64,000 bases of DNA, from IMG/VR virus record IMGVR_UViG_3300037424_002358, positions 32,001-96,000 of that record; one strand, 5' to 3'. Below the pieces are notes generated by a model, which saw only the letters and a list, made by a program, of their open reading frames with translations, ran no database searches and had not been told where the DNA came from. Shown piece after piece: positions 19,073 to 28,989 of the stretch (positions are counted from its first letter, which is position 1; every line of letters begins with the position of its first letter). Source of the stretch: a virus. The position numbers and the translations under genes are program-made.

Positions 19073-19102
19073 AAAAGGAAGGCCCCCGGTGGTCCGGGGG
19101 CC
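19073..19102 (-). terminator. Rho-independent terminator
   Basis: GGCCCCCGG-4 nt-CCGGGGGCC stem followed by TTCCTTTT on the minus strand. Confidence 0.75.
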
Positions 19103-19132
19103 ATGGCTTCGGGCTGGCGGAGGCGTGGCTGG

Positions 19133-19420
19133 CTAGGCGGTCAGTAGCCCGGACTGCCGATGGAAGACGTGTCTGGCCTCGGCGCTGGCTAGGCGGAGCG
19201 TCCCGACGTACTCCCAAGTGTCGAGCGATCCTTCTCCTCCGGGCGCGTCCTCTCCGTCGGCAACGACAGCGAAGACGTGGCTGACCGTCGGCTTGCTGTC
19301 GTCCAGGAGCATCCAGACCGTGAAGAGCGCGGGCGTCCCGTAGAAGCCGACGCAGATGGGCCTCGCCCCCTGAGGCAACTCGAGGACCGGAACGATGGCG
19401 AATGGCTTGATCGTCGTCAT
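19133..19420 (-). CDS. Hypothetical phage protein (paralogue of 51264-51542)
   Basis: LELPQGARPICVG...VWMLLD...YVGT...HVF. Confidence 0.65.
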   Translation of the reverse strand: MTTIKPFAIVPVLELPQGARPICVGFYGTPALFTVWMLLDDSKPTVSHVFAVVADGEDAPGGEGSLDTWEYVGTLRLASAEARHVFHRQSGLLTA

Positions 19421-19860
19421 CGGTTCTCTGGTGTCGAAGGCACCCCGAGGGCGGCGAGCCGACGAAGGAGATTCCAGTGTGAGGAGCAGGAGCACGAATG
19501 GGTGCGCATCTCCTCGGCGGCTAATCCGGGAAGACTCAGGATTTCCCCGTCCTGCTTTTTCCAGGCGGCGCGCCCATTCACGGCGTCCTCAATGTCGGAG
19601 ACAGTCGGATGCTCGTCGCAGTCCGGGCAGTACATGAAATGGTCACCGTGCGGCGCCTTCGTGTTGACGAACGCGTCCGTGTTTAGTCGGAACCTGTGCT
19701 CGTGCGTCTTGGCCTCGGACGCGGCGATGGCGGCACGCATCTTTGCCAGCGCTTCGTTCCATCCGCGGACATAGCCATGCCCATGCTCGTTCAACTCAAT
19801 TCCATCGGTCAGTGGCTCAATATGTCCTAGCGCCACCACCTTGGTATAGGCATCATCCAT
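19417..19860 (-). CDS. Hypothetical protein with ASEAK segment
   Basis: Coupled ORF; CPDC and CSC motifs. Confidence 0.6.
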   Translation of the reverse strand: MDDAYTKVVALGHIEPLTDGIELNEHGHGYVRGWNEALAKMRAAIAASEAKTHEHRFRLNTDAFVNTKAPHGDHFMYCPDCDEHPTVSDIEDAVNGRAAWKKQDGEILSLPGLAAEEMRTHSCSCSSHWNLLRRLAALGVPSTPENR

Positions 19861-20122
19861 GCTTCACCTTCCCTGCGGCGGCGAGTGCGGCTAATTGCTC
19901 TTCAACGTCCATCACAACCAAATGTCGGTCGCCTTTGGTTAGTTGTCTCATGGCAACTTGATACGCCTCCACCTTGGCCTCGGACGCGGTCAGGGCGGGG
20001 ATAGGACAATCTTTGGCATGTGGTTTCTGCCCACACCACTTGCATTGTGCAACCAACGCTCCTCGTGTCGTTCGGTACTCGTTCCAACAGTTCTCCGGCA
20101 CCGTCTTGGCGTCAGTCCCCAT
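19853..20122 (-). CDS. Hypothetical Zn-finger protein with ASEAKVEA segment
   Basis: CKWC...H..DC; start MGTDAK. Confidence 0.6.
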   Translation of the reverse strand: MGTDAKTVPENCWNEYRTTRGALVAQCKWCGQKPHAKDCPIPALTASEAKVEAYQVAMRQLTKGDRHLVVMDVEEQLAALAAAGKVKHG

Positions 20123-20651
20123 CGGGAACCTCCGGGAGTTTCCTCCAGTGATTAGGGCCATTGACTCGATGCTCTCTATCAACATCCGTCTCCTGCGGCG
20201 CGGCGGCGAGGGCGGCGGGTGTCTTGTCGTGCTGCCTACCGTCATAGATGTTGCGATAGCGGCCTACGAAGTAGTTAGCGCATCGGAAGTAGACCTCAAT
20301 TATTCTCGCCCGGAAGCGTGTCCTCTTGCGCTCCACCCTCACTTCCTTCTCCAGCGCCTCCACCTTGGACCGGAGTGCCACGTTCTCGGCCTTGAACTCC
20401 AGGCCCTTGCGTCGATAGAAGTCCGCGAACCCACGATTGCGCCGTGCCTTTCCTTCCAGCGCCTCCACCTTGGCCTCGGACGTAGCGAGGGAGTTCAGGC
20501 GGGCCTCAATACCCGCTTGGTCGAGGTGCTGGTCGGTGCCTTCAAGTCTCGCCTCGGCCTCTGCATGCGCGCCCGAATAGATGCGACAAGTCACGTGCCA
20601 CTTCTGCACCGCCTTGGCGTCAGTCCCCTGCGGGACGCTAGGCGCTGTCAT
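20112..20651 (-). CDS. Hypothetical coiled-coil protein with SEAKVEA segment
   Basis: Coupled ORF. Confidence 0.6.
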   Translation of the reverse strand: MTAPSVPQGTDAKAVQKWHVTCRIYSGAHAEAEARLEGTDQHLDQAGIEARLNSLATSEAKVEALEGKARRNRGFADFYRRKGLEFKAENVALRSKVEALEKEVRVERKRTRFRARIIEVYFRCANYFVGRYRNIYDGRQHDKTPAALAAAPQETDVDREHRVNGPNHWRKLPEVPDGD

Positions 20652-21181
20652 CGGGAATTCTCCTTGGCGTCGGCCATCAGTCGCTCAACAGGGTTCATCC
20701 CCTCTCGACTTTCCATCTTGGGTGCGGCGGCGAGGGTGGCCCCATCGAGAATGTGTACAACATGCTCGACTAGCCACGGCCTCCCCGGAGCATCGGGGTC
20801 GTCCTCCGAAAGAATGGCCGCAATCGCCGCCTCCACCTTGGCCTCGGACGCGGCCAGGGCGGCTACGAGGCGCAGGCGCTTGGCTATCTCGTGGGGAATG
20901 CAGCCGCCGTGACCGCGCGGGCAAATCAAGTTGACTGGCCCACCCGTCAATGACTTTCGCATGTAGACGGTGTTGCAAGTCTCGCACAGCCACTCTTCTT
21001 CGTTGTCGCGTCGCTCCAGCGCCGCCAGCCTGGCCTCGGAGGCGGCGAGGGCGTCAATGGCACGTAGTCCTAGAGGTTCAAACTCAAGTGCTAGATCAGC
21101 GTGGCTCATGGATGGTCTAGGCGTCCCCGCCCATCGCTTGCATTCTTCCAGAACCGTCTTGCTGTCAGGCTTGTCAGTCAT
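20648..21181 (-). CDS. Hypothetical Zn-ribbon protein with ASEAKVEA segment
   Basis: CETC...CPRGH. Confidence 0.6.
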   Translation of the reverse strand: MTDKPDSKTVLEECKRWAGTPRPSMSHADLALEFEPLGLRAIDALAASEARLAALERRDNEEEWLCETCNTVYMRKSLTGGPVNLICPRGHGGCIPHEIAKRLRLVAALAASEAKVEAAIAAILSEDDPDAPGRPWLVEHVVHILDGATLAAAPKMESREGMNPVERLMADAKENSR

Positions 21182-21851
21182 CGTGAGGTTCCTTGCCGAC
21201 GCCTATGCCCGGCGGCTCCACCCTCACTTGAGACCAGTTCGCATTCACGTCTTGCCCCTCCCCGGACGGCTCCGAGGCGGCGTCGTTGTCCTGCCTTTGG
21301 TAGATAGCGTCAACGGCATCGAGAATTTCGACGTTGCCATCGTCGGGAGCCAGAACGATGACGGCCCCCGTTCTCCCATCCTTCTCCTTGAAACGAAGCG
21401 CCATGTGGCCTATGCCCAGGTTGTCATCCGACTTGATGATGCGGTACAACTTTCCCGCCAGTAGAGCCGCCGCCTCAAGACCGCTCCCCTCCAGCGGCTC
21501 CACGTTGGCCTGAGTGGCGGGGTCGACCGAAACCCACATCTGATCGCCGGGTTCAACTTCGATGTGTTCACGCTCTGCCTCGGTGAAGTCTTCGGGGTTG
21601 TAGGTCACCCACTTGATGAGGCCGTGTTTCTCGGCCAGTTCCTCAAAGTCGCCTCCGTCTAGGTTCATCGAACCGTCGAAGCCGAACACCTGCACCATGT
21701 CACGCCAGAAGCCTTCCAGCACCTCCAGCCTAGCCTTCCAGGCGTCGGCGTGGGCGCGCACCAAATTGCCGGTAACGATGCGCCGATGTCGCCAGCCGCG
21801 CAGTATGTCAGCCGCCAGCGCCGTCAGGGTCTCGTGGGTGTATTCAGTCAT
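21174..21851 (-). CDS. Hypothetical protein
   Basis: GGAGG RBS upstream of MTEYTHE. Confidence 0.6.
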   Translation of the reverse strand: MTEYTHETLTALAADILRGWRHRRIVTGNLVRAHADAWKARLEVLEGFWRDMVQVFGFDGSMNLDGGDFEELAEKHGLIKWVTYNPEDFTEAEREHIEVEPGDQMWVSVDPATQANVEPLEGSGLEAAALLAGKLYRIIKSDDNLGIGHMALRFKEKDGRTGAVIVLAPDDGNVEILDAVDAIYQRQDNDAASEPSGEGQDVNANWSQVRVEPPGIGVGKEPHDD

Positions 21852-22056
21852 CGCGAACCTCCTTGGCGAGGGTGGCACCAGCAAGGGTTCTTAGTACCAC
21901 CAGTCTACGCCGCCTGACCCGCTCACATCGGGATGTGCGCGAAAGAAGGCCGCCCAATAATGTCCCTCCCGTACCTCCTCGTGGTATCTCCATGCCAGCC
22001 ATAGGAACAGAAGGGCAAAGCACGCCATCAAGGTGACCATCTAAGCGCCCTCCGGC

Positions 22057-22557
22057 CTAGCGCAGCCCGAACAGGCTGACGCCGATCAGGATGAATAACA
22101 CCGCGGCGACGGCGATTGCGCCGCCCCCCAGCAGCCCGATGACGAACGAGGGCCAGTCCCAGCGGAGCCGCCAGGCGGGTTGGAGGCCCGCGAGGTAGGG
22201 CTGTTCGAGCAGGCGGCCCTTGCGCTTCTTGACACGCTCATCGACGCCGAGTTGCAGGATTTCGACGCTCGACCCATGCTTGCCCGGCTGGCGCCCGACG
22301 ACGCGAACTAGGCCATCCCAGATCAGAGAGTTGACGGCGCTCGAAACGGTCGTGATCTTCACGCCCGTCCCGAACGGATTCTCGCTGAATAGTTCGTAGA
22401 GCGCTTCCCGGGTCGTCGGCTGGAGGTAGGCGATCGCAAGCCGCACGCGCTCCTTGACCTTCAGATCGCGCCCGGACTCGTGCAGTCGCCGCCACGCCTC
22501 CGCGGAGGTTTCCTTATAGGCGGGCGGCGGAGCGCCGAAGAGAAATTGCTGTCTCAC
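22057..22557 (-). CDS. Hypothetical protein with a winged-HTH-like domain and C-terminal TM helix
   Basis: TTREAL...ITTVSSAVNSLIWDGLVRVVG; hydrophobic C-terminus. Confidence 0.55.
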   Translation of the reverse strand: MRQQFLFGAPPPAYKETSAEAWRRLHESGRDLKVKERVRLAIAYLQPTTREALYELFSENPFGTGVKITTVSSAVNSLIWDGLVRVVGRQPGKHGSSVEILQLGVDERVKKRKGRLLEQPYLAGLQPAWRLRWDWPSFVIGLLGGGAIAVAAVLFILIGVSLFGLR

Positions 22558-23078
22558 TTTGCCTCCTTGAGCGTCCACACCCGCATCCACAACGTGTCGC
22601 CCATCAACTGCTGGAGTTCTCGGATCGGAAGGAGCGCATCGTAGCGCACCTGCCAGCACGGGACGGGCGCATTGGGGTTCCAGTAGGGCGAGTCAGGAAC
22701 GACAACCAAGTCCTTCCTGATCCAGCCCCGGATGGCATACCGTGGCATCTCTCCCGAGACCCCAACGTAGGCATCGCACTTCCTGCCAGGGGGACGAATG
22801 GAAAAGCGGTCGCTGTTGCCCAACTTCACGTCAATCAGCCAACCGTGCCCGTTCAAGTCCTGCCCGATGGAACGCAAGAGCATGAAGGACAGGTCCGGCC
22901 ATAGGTTCAGGTACTTGGCGACGGCGAACTCGGCACCGACGCTGTTTATCGCGTTGACCAGCGGATCGCGCCTCGTGACGATCCGGTCCTTGACGTGCGC
23001 CTCGCGATCCTTCTTATCGCGCTGCCGCGCGATATGGGTGGCGATGGAGCGCTCTTCCGGCGTGAGGGGGACAATCAC
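22554..23078 (-). CDS. Hypothetical phage protein, PD-(D/E)XK-like
   Basis: GAEFAVAKYL...QD...IDVK...DAYV...IRGW. Confidence 0.55.
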   Translation of the reverse strand: MIVPLTPEERSIATHIARQRDKKDREAHVKDRIVTRRDPLVNAINSVGAEFAVAKYLNLWPDLSFMLLRSIGQDLNGHGWLIDVKLGNSDRFSIRPPGRKCDAYVGVSGEMPRYAIRGWIRKDLVVVPDSPYWNPNAPVPCWQVRYDALLPIRELQQLMGDTLWMRVWTLKEAK

Positions 23079-23130
23079 GCGGAGGTTCCCCTGTAGGCGG
23101 GGGGAGGAGCACCGAAGAGGAACTGTTGGG

Positions 23131-23793
23131 TCACGCGTTCCGCCAATGGGCTGACTTCAAGCCACGATACTTATTCCGATCACTCATGTATCTTCGGAAC
23201 TCATCGCCTGTCATGTTGCCTTTGACGACGTTGCAATTGGCGCAGGACGCTACCGTATTGTCGGGCTTATCTGACCCCCCACGGCTTGTAGGGATCACGT
23301 GGTCGACATGCCAACCGTCAACAAAGGTCAGCGGCTCATGACAGTACGCGCACTGACCATCGGAACGAGCGTAGCACGTGAGACGCCTAAGAAAGACTCG
23401 CGTATTGTCCACCTGACCGGGCCAGTCCTTAGTCACAATCGTTCGCATCAGGAGGCGTTCTGCACGCGCTTCCGCCTTCCGCTTTTTCTCATGGGCCTCA
23501 CGACGCTCTTGTATGGTTCGTTGGTGGCCACCCCAAAGTCTAGCGACGAGCGCGTCAATATCATCTGCGCTTTGCGCGTATATGAAGAACCAATCGTGGT
23601 AGTTATTTTGGGCCAACGACCACCGGATGAGACGTTCTACTCGGGCAATGGCCCTCGCCGCCACCAACATCCAGTCCTCGGGCAGTTCGGATAGGCGACC
23701 GGGTTCTACGACTACTTCTGTGCGCGGCTCACCATCCTCTATTCTCACGCCGAGTGCGATCCCCGGAAGGATAGCCGTGCTCCATTCGCGCAT
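23131..23793 (-). CDS. HNH endonuclease
   Basis: CAYC...HVDHVIPTSRGGSD...NTVASCANCN..K. Lower GC than flanks and has its own promoter. Confidence 0.9.
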   Translation of the reverse strand: MREWSTAILPGIALGVRIEDGEPRTEVVVEPGRLSELPEDWMLVAARAIARVERLIRWSLAQNNYHDWFFIYAQSADDIDALVARLWGGHQRTIQERREAHEKKRKAEARAERLLMRTIVTKDWPGQVDNTRVFLRRLTCYARSDGQCAYCHEPLTFVDGWHVDHVIPTSRGGSDKPDNTVASCANCNVVKGNMTGDEFRRYMSDRNKYRGLKSAHWRNA

Positions 23794-23800
23794 AATTTGC

Positions 23801-23830
23801 ATTGTACCTTATACGGTACTAGGCTGTCAA
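23801..23830 (-). promoter_or_regulatory. Sigma70-type promoter with a degenerate operator
   Basis: TTGACA-18 nt-TACAAT; TACCGTATAAGGTA at 23805-23818. Confidence 0.75.
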
Positions 23831-23842
23831 GCCCCCGTGGGG

Positions 23843-24565
23843 CTACTCCCCCGCCCACTCCGGTAACGGATTCAGCGGCCCGGCGAACGTGAGCGGATGA
23901 GCCATCGCGGGGATGAAGCCGCTCTCGCGGTAGAAGGTGACCTTGCGATCAACCCGCGCCGGATCATCCCAGGAGTAATGCAGGAGGCACAGTGGGGGGA
24001 GGATGTCCAGCACCCGGTGGCTCAGGTGGACGTCGCCGAGGACGGTGTCGCCGACCCGGAAGTCGTAGGCGGGCGGCTTATCTACCGTCCAGAAGTCCAG
24101 CGGTCCCCGCCACGCCCAAAGGCTCGGCTCCCACCGCTCGTGCGCCGGCTCCGGCTTCGCCATGTGCGGGAAATGCTGGTCGGTCCCCCACAGGTAGAGC
24201 CGCACGGCCAGGGCGAAGTCGGCGTCGGTCCCCTCGAGCAGATCGCGGCCCGCCTCCCGTAGCAGTCGGTTGGGGCGGCAGTCGCAGTCGTCGTACACAA
24301 TCCAGTCGGGGGCAAGTTCGTTGGCGCAGGCGATGAGGTGGTTGGCGTGGCCGGAGTCGTTGTTGCGCCAGAGGCCGTTAGCGAGTTGCACACGCTCGCC
24401 GAATGGACGAAGCAACACGTTGGGGAAGCGCGAGGCAATGGAAATCGTGTCGTCCAGACTCCCCCCGTCCGAGACGATGACCTGGTCGGCCCACCGATAG
24501 GACTCGCAGAACGGGCCGATCCTGCGGGACTCGTCGCGGGTGCGGACGATGACGACGATCTTCAT
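23843..24565 (-). CDS. Glycosyltransferase family 2
   Basis: IVRTRDE, IVSDGGSLDDT, DDCD. Confidence 0.8.
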   Translation of the reverse strand: MKIVVIVRTRDESRRIGPFCESYRWADQVIVSDGGSLDDTISIASRFPNVLLRPFGERVQLANGLWRNNDSGHANHLIACANELAPDWIVYDDCDCRPNRLLREAGRDLLEGTDADFALAVRLYLWGTDQHFPHMAKPEPAHERWEPSLWAWRGPLDFWTVDKPPAYDFRVGDTVLGDVHLSHRVLDILPPLCLLHYSWDDPARVDRKVTFYRESGFIPAMAHPLTFAGPLNPLPEWAGE

Positions 24566-24650
24566 AGGGGAAACGCCTCCCCGCCGCTCGGGCGGTCTGA
24601 TTACCGGCCAAACGTCAAGGGACGGAGCCACGGACGGCGAAGCGCAATGC

Positions 24651-24884
24651 TCACGGCAGGGGCAGGCTCTCCCTGAGCGACTGCGCCGCCCGTAGCAGGC
24701 AGGCGGCGCAGTCGGGGTTGTAGGCGACGAGGTCCCTCAGGAAGTTGGCGGCATCGTCGACCGCCTCGTTGTAGACGAACCGGATGCGCTCCCGGCTCTC
24801 CATCGCGGCCGTCCGCGTCTCCAACACCTGAACGATCATCGCACCGGACGCAACCTTATCTTGAGCGGGAATATGGTCAGCCAT
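24651..24884 (-). CDS. Hypothetical protein
   Basis: GAGG RBS, 77 aa. Confidence 0.5.
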   Translation of the reverse strand: MADHIPAQDKVASGAMIVQVLETRTAAMESRERIRFVYNEAVDDAANFLRDLVAYNPDCAACLLRAAQSLRESLPLP

Positions 24885-24978
24885 CGTTGCCTCGGGGGGA
24901 AAGTTCCAGGGCCGACACGCCGAGCCGGCCCTGGATGGCCTTGGAGGAGAACCACGCCGCCCCCAATTCTACGTCAAA

Positions 24979-25710
24979 TCACCTCGGGCAAGCCAGGCAG
25001 TGCGGGTGCCACGCCCGGCCACCGGGCTGCGCCAGCCGGGCCTGGATCGCGGCGTGGACGCCGTTCCAATGCTCGGCCAGAGGAACCTCGGGGAAGGTCC
25101 CGAGGTTGAAAATCCCGATCATGTCGTCGCAGCAGAGGAGGTACTGCCGCCGGTGGTTGATGATGAGCCGCATTGCCGGCTCGATGCACGGGTGGCCCGC
25201 GTGGGCCTTCGCCAGGGCGACGACGTCGAACTTGGGCGAGAAGTGGGTCGGGATGTGCTCCGACATGGTGATGATCTGCGCCTCGGTATGGTGGAAGAGG
25301 GTGCGCATCCAGGCCGCCCGTTCGCTCTTCATCGGCTCGTCCATGTAGAGCGTGATGATAATCCGGTCGAGGACCGGATCGAGCGCCGCCGCCAGTTCGG
25401 GCGTCAGGTAGTCACCGTTCGTGTTGAAACCGACGCGTTTGAACTTCCCGTGGCGCCGGACCTCGGCCGCGATCTCGACGATCCGCTCGTCCATGAGCGG
25501 CTCGTTGTAGTGTGACAGCCACACGCCGCCCGAGAAGCCCATGCGGACGGCCTGGTCGAGTGCCTCGCCGATCACGTCCACCTCGAGGTAGTGCGGCTCG
25601 AACCACGAGGCCACGGCCTCGCGGTCAGGGATCGAGTTGCGCAGGCAGGTCGGGCAGCGGCGGTTGCACGACGAGACAGTTTCTAGGTCAAGAAATTGGA
25701 ACAGGCTCAC
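24979..25710 (-). CDS. Radical SAM protein with a SPASM/twitch domain
   Basis: CNRRCPTC, YNEPL, FNTNG, C-terminal C...LCCDD...CLAC. Confidence 0.9.
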   Translation of the reverse strand: MSLFQFLDLETVSSCNRRCPTCLRNSIPDREAVASWFEPHYLEVDVIGEALDQAVRMGFSGGVWLSHYNEPLMDERIVEIAAEVRRHGKFKRVGFNTNGDYLTPELAAALDPVLDRIIITLYMDEPMKSERAAWMRTLFHHTEAQIITMSEHIPTHFSPKFDVVALAKAHAGHPCIEPAMRLIINHRRQYLLCCDDMIGIFNLGTFPEVPLAEHWNGVHAAIQARLAQPGGRAWHPHCLACPR

Positions 25711-25918
25711 CGCTCAGCCCGCTTGGCCCGCTTCCGCCGCAGGTAATTGAGCCGGCGGCGGCAGATGCTCCGCCGGTGGTCGCATTCGCCCGTCACGTAG
25801 CATTTGCACTTCGGGCACCAGCGCCAGATCGCGCCGTTCACGTGTTCGCCCCTCCGGGGGTAGCGGTGGATGTGGCCCCAGGGAGCAGCCTCGGAGGCGA
25901 TCCGATAGGAGGTCACGT

Positions 25919-27349
25919 CTAGTTGCCTGGGCCGATCCACCCGGAGGGGACAGCGCCGGGACTGGTCTCCAAGCACACCTGCCCGGCGCAGAAGTAGACA
26001 TCCCGTTCCGGCTGTGCGGCCGGCGTGAACTGATTGATCTTGTCGTCGATGAGGATGTCCCCGTAGACCCCCACGAACATGCCGACCATCTTGATGGGGT
26101 GGCAATCCAGGCCCGGCTCAGTACAGTCCGCGTTCCGTTGGCCGAAGCGCGTGGTGAAGCCATCAGCCGTGATACGTCCGGGTCGCGGGTCGGTATCGAA
26201 GCCGGCTAGGTTGTCCCATGCGCTCGGAATGGTCCCGGCTACCTCGTGGACGTTGGCCGTGCTGTTGTTGTATCGACACTGCGTCGGGTTGTAGTCCACC
26301 CCGCCGTTGTACGAGCAGACAAATGGCCAGGTGAACGGATGGACGAGGTCCCGGCTGTCCAGCACTTGGTATCCGTCCCGCACCCGGAACAGCAGGCGGA
26401 AGATGGACGAGGTCTGCGGTCTGGCCCCTGAGCCGGTCCGCTTCCCCGTTACCGTGCTGTTGACGTTGGCGTTGTGCGACAGGATGAACGGGATATCAGG
26501 ACGGCAGCCTGGAATGCCGGTGTAGGCGCAGTCCGCCGACCAGTAAGGTCCCCTCGGCGTGTCATACGAGGGCAGGAAGGTGTTGGGATAGGGCAGCAAC
26601 GTGCCTTGGTAGGGTGATACTCGTTGGCCGTACTCCTGCAATTGGTTCGTGAACAGGTAGCCGCAGTCGCTTGGGCTGGCCGGGTTACACACCTTCAGGA
26701 GCGCCACGCTGGAATGGATCGACCCCTCGAGTTCCATCCGGGCGTCTCCGAAGTCATGGAACTGGATGGCCGCCGCCTCCACGCAGTAGGTCGCTCCCTC
26801 GAAGCCCGCCTGGCACGGTCCGGGGACATCCAGCACCACGTCCCACTTGAAGCCGCCGTGCTTCATCGTGTTCTCGATGGGACTGGACGGGTTCGTATGT
26901 CCTACGCCCACGCCGCCGATGAGCGCCCGCAGGTCGAAGCCGGGGAAGGCCGCAAGCCTGTCCGCTGTGAACGGGTTGTCGCCGTGCTCATGGTCGTAGT
27001 GGCAGCCGCGCACTCCGTCCCAAAGCGTGTGGAAGATGCTCGTGTCGTGGACGCCGTTCGAGTCCGGGCATAGCGGCGCTCCGGGGTACGCTACCACGCC
27101 CCCCGGGGGCACCGTTGGGACGCCCGCCGTTGGCGATGCGGTCAGCGTGGCGGTCGCCGTCGCCGATACCGCTACGGTCGGCGTAGGGGTTCGTGTGGTC
27201 GTCGGTGTAAGCGTAGTCGTCGTTGGCGTGCGCGTCGTCTTCCCTTTGAGCGTCGCTGTCGGCGTTGGCTTTACTTCGTCTTTGCTGGCCATCAGCGACA
27301 GAACAACCACCACCCCTAACAACGCACCTATCAGCGTCAGTTTTCTCAT
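25919..27349 (-). CDS. Secreted Cys/His-rich protein
   Basis: Signal/TM segment, Thr-rich stalk, GCHYDHEHG and KHGGFK motifs, many Cys. Confidence 0.7.
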   Translation of the reverse strand: MRKLTLIGALLGVVVVLSLMASKDEVKPTPTATLKGKTTRTPTTTTLTPTTTRTPTPTVAVSATATATLTASPTAGVPTVPPGGVVAYPGAPLCPDSNGVHDTSIFHTLWDGVRGCHYDHEHGDNPFTADRLAAFPGFDLRALIGGVGVGHTNPSSPIENTMKHGGFKWDVVLDVPGPCQAGFEGATYCVEAAAIQFHDFGDARMELEGSIHSSVALLKVCNPASPSDCGYLFTNQLQEYGQRVSPYQGTLLPYPNTFLPSYDTPRGPYWSADCAYTGIPGCRPDIPFILSHNANVNSTVTGKRTGSGARPQTSSIFRLLFRVRDGYQVLDSRDLVHPFTWPFVCSYNGGVDYNPTQCRYNNSTANVHEVAGTIPSAWDNLAGFDTDPRPGRITADGFTTRFGQRNADCTEPGLDCHPIKMVGMFVGVYGDILIDDKINQFTPAAQPERDVYFCAGQVCLETSPGAVPSGWIGPGN

Positions 27350-27374
27350 CACATCACCTCGATTGGCCCCTGCG

Positions 27375-28685
27375 TCACGGCAGGATGCCCTCGGCTCGCA
27401 GGAGCGCGTCCGTTTCCTTCCAGAAGGCGTCAATCTCCTCCCGGCTGAGGCCGGACGTGCTGACGAAGGCGCCATGCGGCAGCCCCGGATCACCCCGGAA
27501 GAAGAACTCCTCGGGCACTTCCTGCTCCAACTTGATGTCGTAGTCCTCCATGTGCGTCACGAGTGGCGTGCCAGGGAATGGGATCAGGCGGTCGAAGCCG
27601 GCCCGCTCAGGTCGATGTTTGAGAATCCAGTCGCGGGTGCGCTCCATGCTCTCGCGCGTCTCGCCCGGCAGGCCGAGGATGAAGGACATCTTGAGCGTGA
27701 TCCCGAGTTCCTTGCACCAGCGCAGCACGTCCTCGTCCTGCTCGATGGTCGTGCCCTTGTGGATGTTTGCCTTGATCCGGTTGTCGGCGCTCTCGACGCC
27801 GACGAAGCACTCGATCAGCCCGCCTTCGCGCAAACGCTCCATGTACTCCCGCCCGCCGTACTTGGCGATGATGTCGGAGCGCAGGAAGCAGCGGTAGACT
27901 AGGCCCCCATACTTCCGGTGCAGGTCCAGCAGCGCCAGCGTCCGCGGTCGGTTCAGCGGCATGATGTCGTCGTAGTAGGCTAACCCGGTGAAGCCCATCT
28001 CGACGATCTCGCGTATCTGCTGTTCGACGGAGTCGACGGACTCATAGCGCACGCGGTCGCCCCAGATGACGCCGTGCCGGCCACTCTCACAGAACGCGCA
28101 GGCCATGGGGCATCCGCGAGTCGTGAAGAGCGAGGCCATCCGGTGCTTGAAGCCGACACGGTCAGCCATGTACGAGTGATAAGCGAGGTTCCAGCGGCGG
28201 ATGGGGGGTAGCACCCAGTCCAGATCGCGGCGGAGCATCGGCATGAACAGTCGATCGCCGGACGCCTGTGCCAGTTCGAGGGTCCTGGCGACCGTGTCCG
28301 GGTGGTCGCCCTCGCCAGCGACAACCAGGTCGAAGGGGCGCCCGGAGCCGTCCGCTCCTACGGCCAGCGCAGCCGAGGGGTTCGCCCAGGGGGCGGCACC
28401 ACCGAACACGGTCCGAGACTTGGTCCACCCGTCCATTGCTCGGGCGATCCGCCGCACCTCGAACATCTGCGGCGAGGTGGCCGACAGCCACACCTGGTGG
28501 AAATCCCCGTCTTCCATCGGCAGCCGGTGGCCATCCCACTTCGGACTGGTCAGCGACATGTCGAAGAACTCGACCTCGTGCCCCTGCGCCTCGAGTTGGG
28601 CGGCGATATACCACAGCCCCAGCGGGGGCCAGACCATGGGGTCGGTGAGGAACGTGGACGGGGGGAACAGGAGGGCGACGCGCAT
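27375..28685 (-). CDS. B12-binding radical SAM protein
   Basis: PPLGLWYIAA, GGAAP, TRGCPMACAFC, GVES, FILGLPGET, PFPGTP. Confidence 0.92.
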   Translation of the reverse strand: MRVALLFPPSTFLTDPMVWPPLGLWYIAAQLEAQGHEVEFFDMSLTSPKWDGHRLPMEDGDFHQVWLSATSPQMFEVRRIARAMDGWTKSRTVFGGAAPWANPSAALAVGADGSGRPFDLVVAGEGDHPDTVARTLELAQASGDRLFMPMLRRDLDWVLPPIRRWNLAYHSYMADRVGFKHRMASLFTTRGCPMACAFCESGRHGVIWGDRVRYESVDSVEQQIREIVEMGFTGLAYYDDIMPLNRPRTLALLDLHRKYGGLVYRCFLRSDIIAKYGGREYMERLREGGLIECFVGVESADNRIKANIHKGTTIEQDEDVLRWCKELGITLKMSFILGLPGETRESMERTRDWILKHRPERAGFDRLIPFPGTPLVTHMEDYDIKLEQEVPEEFFFRGDPGLPHGAFVSTSGLSREEIDAFWKETDALLRAEGILP

Positions 28686-28989
28686 TAGTGCGAAGAGTCT
28701 AGCAGAAATTCCGTTGCGCGGAGGCATCTTACGCGCCCGGAATGACCACGGGCCCGTGTGCAATCACAGGCCCGTGCGCGTTCTCGCCCCGTTTGCCTTC
28801 CCGCTAGGGCTTGGTCGAATTCAACGACCACCGTGTAGGACGCCGCTTTCGCCAGCGCGTCGCCCGTGGGGCCGGGGCAGCCGCGAGGAGGCTCCTCAGC
28901 CAGCGAGTCTACCACAAAGGCGCAGGCCCCGACGCGTGGGGAGGTCGGGGCCTGCTATGCGTTCACTCCGCCGGGGGCGGGTGGTGAGC

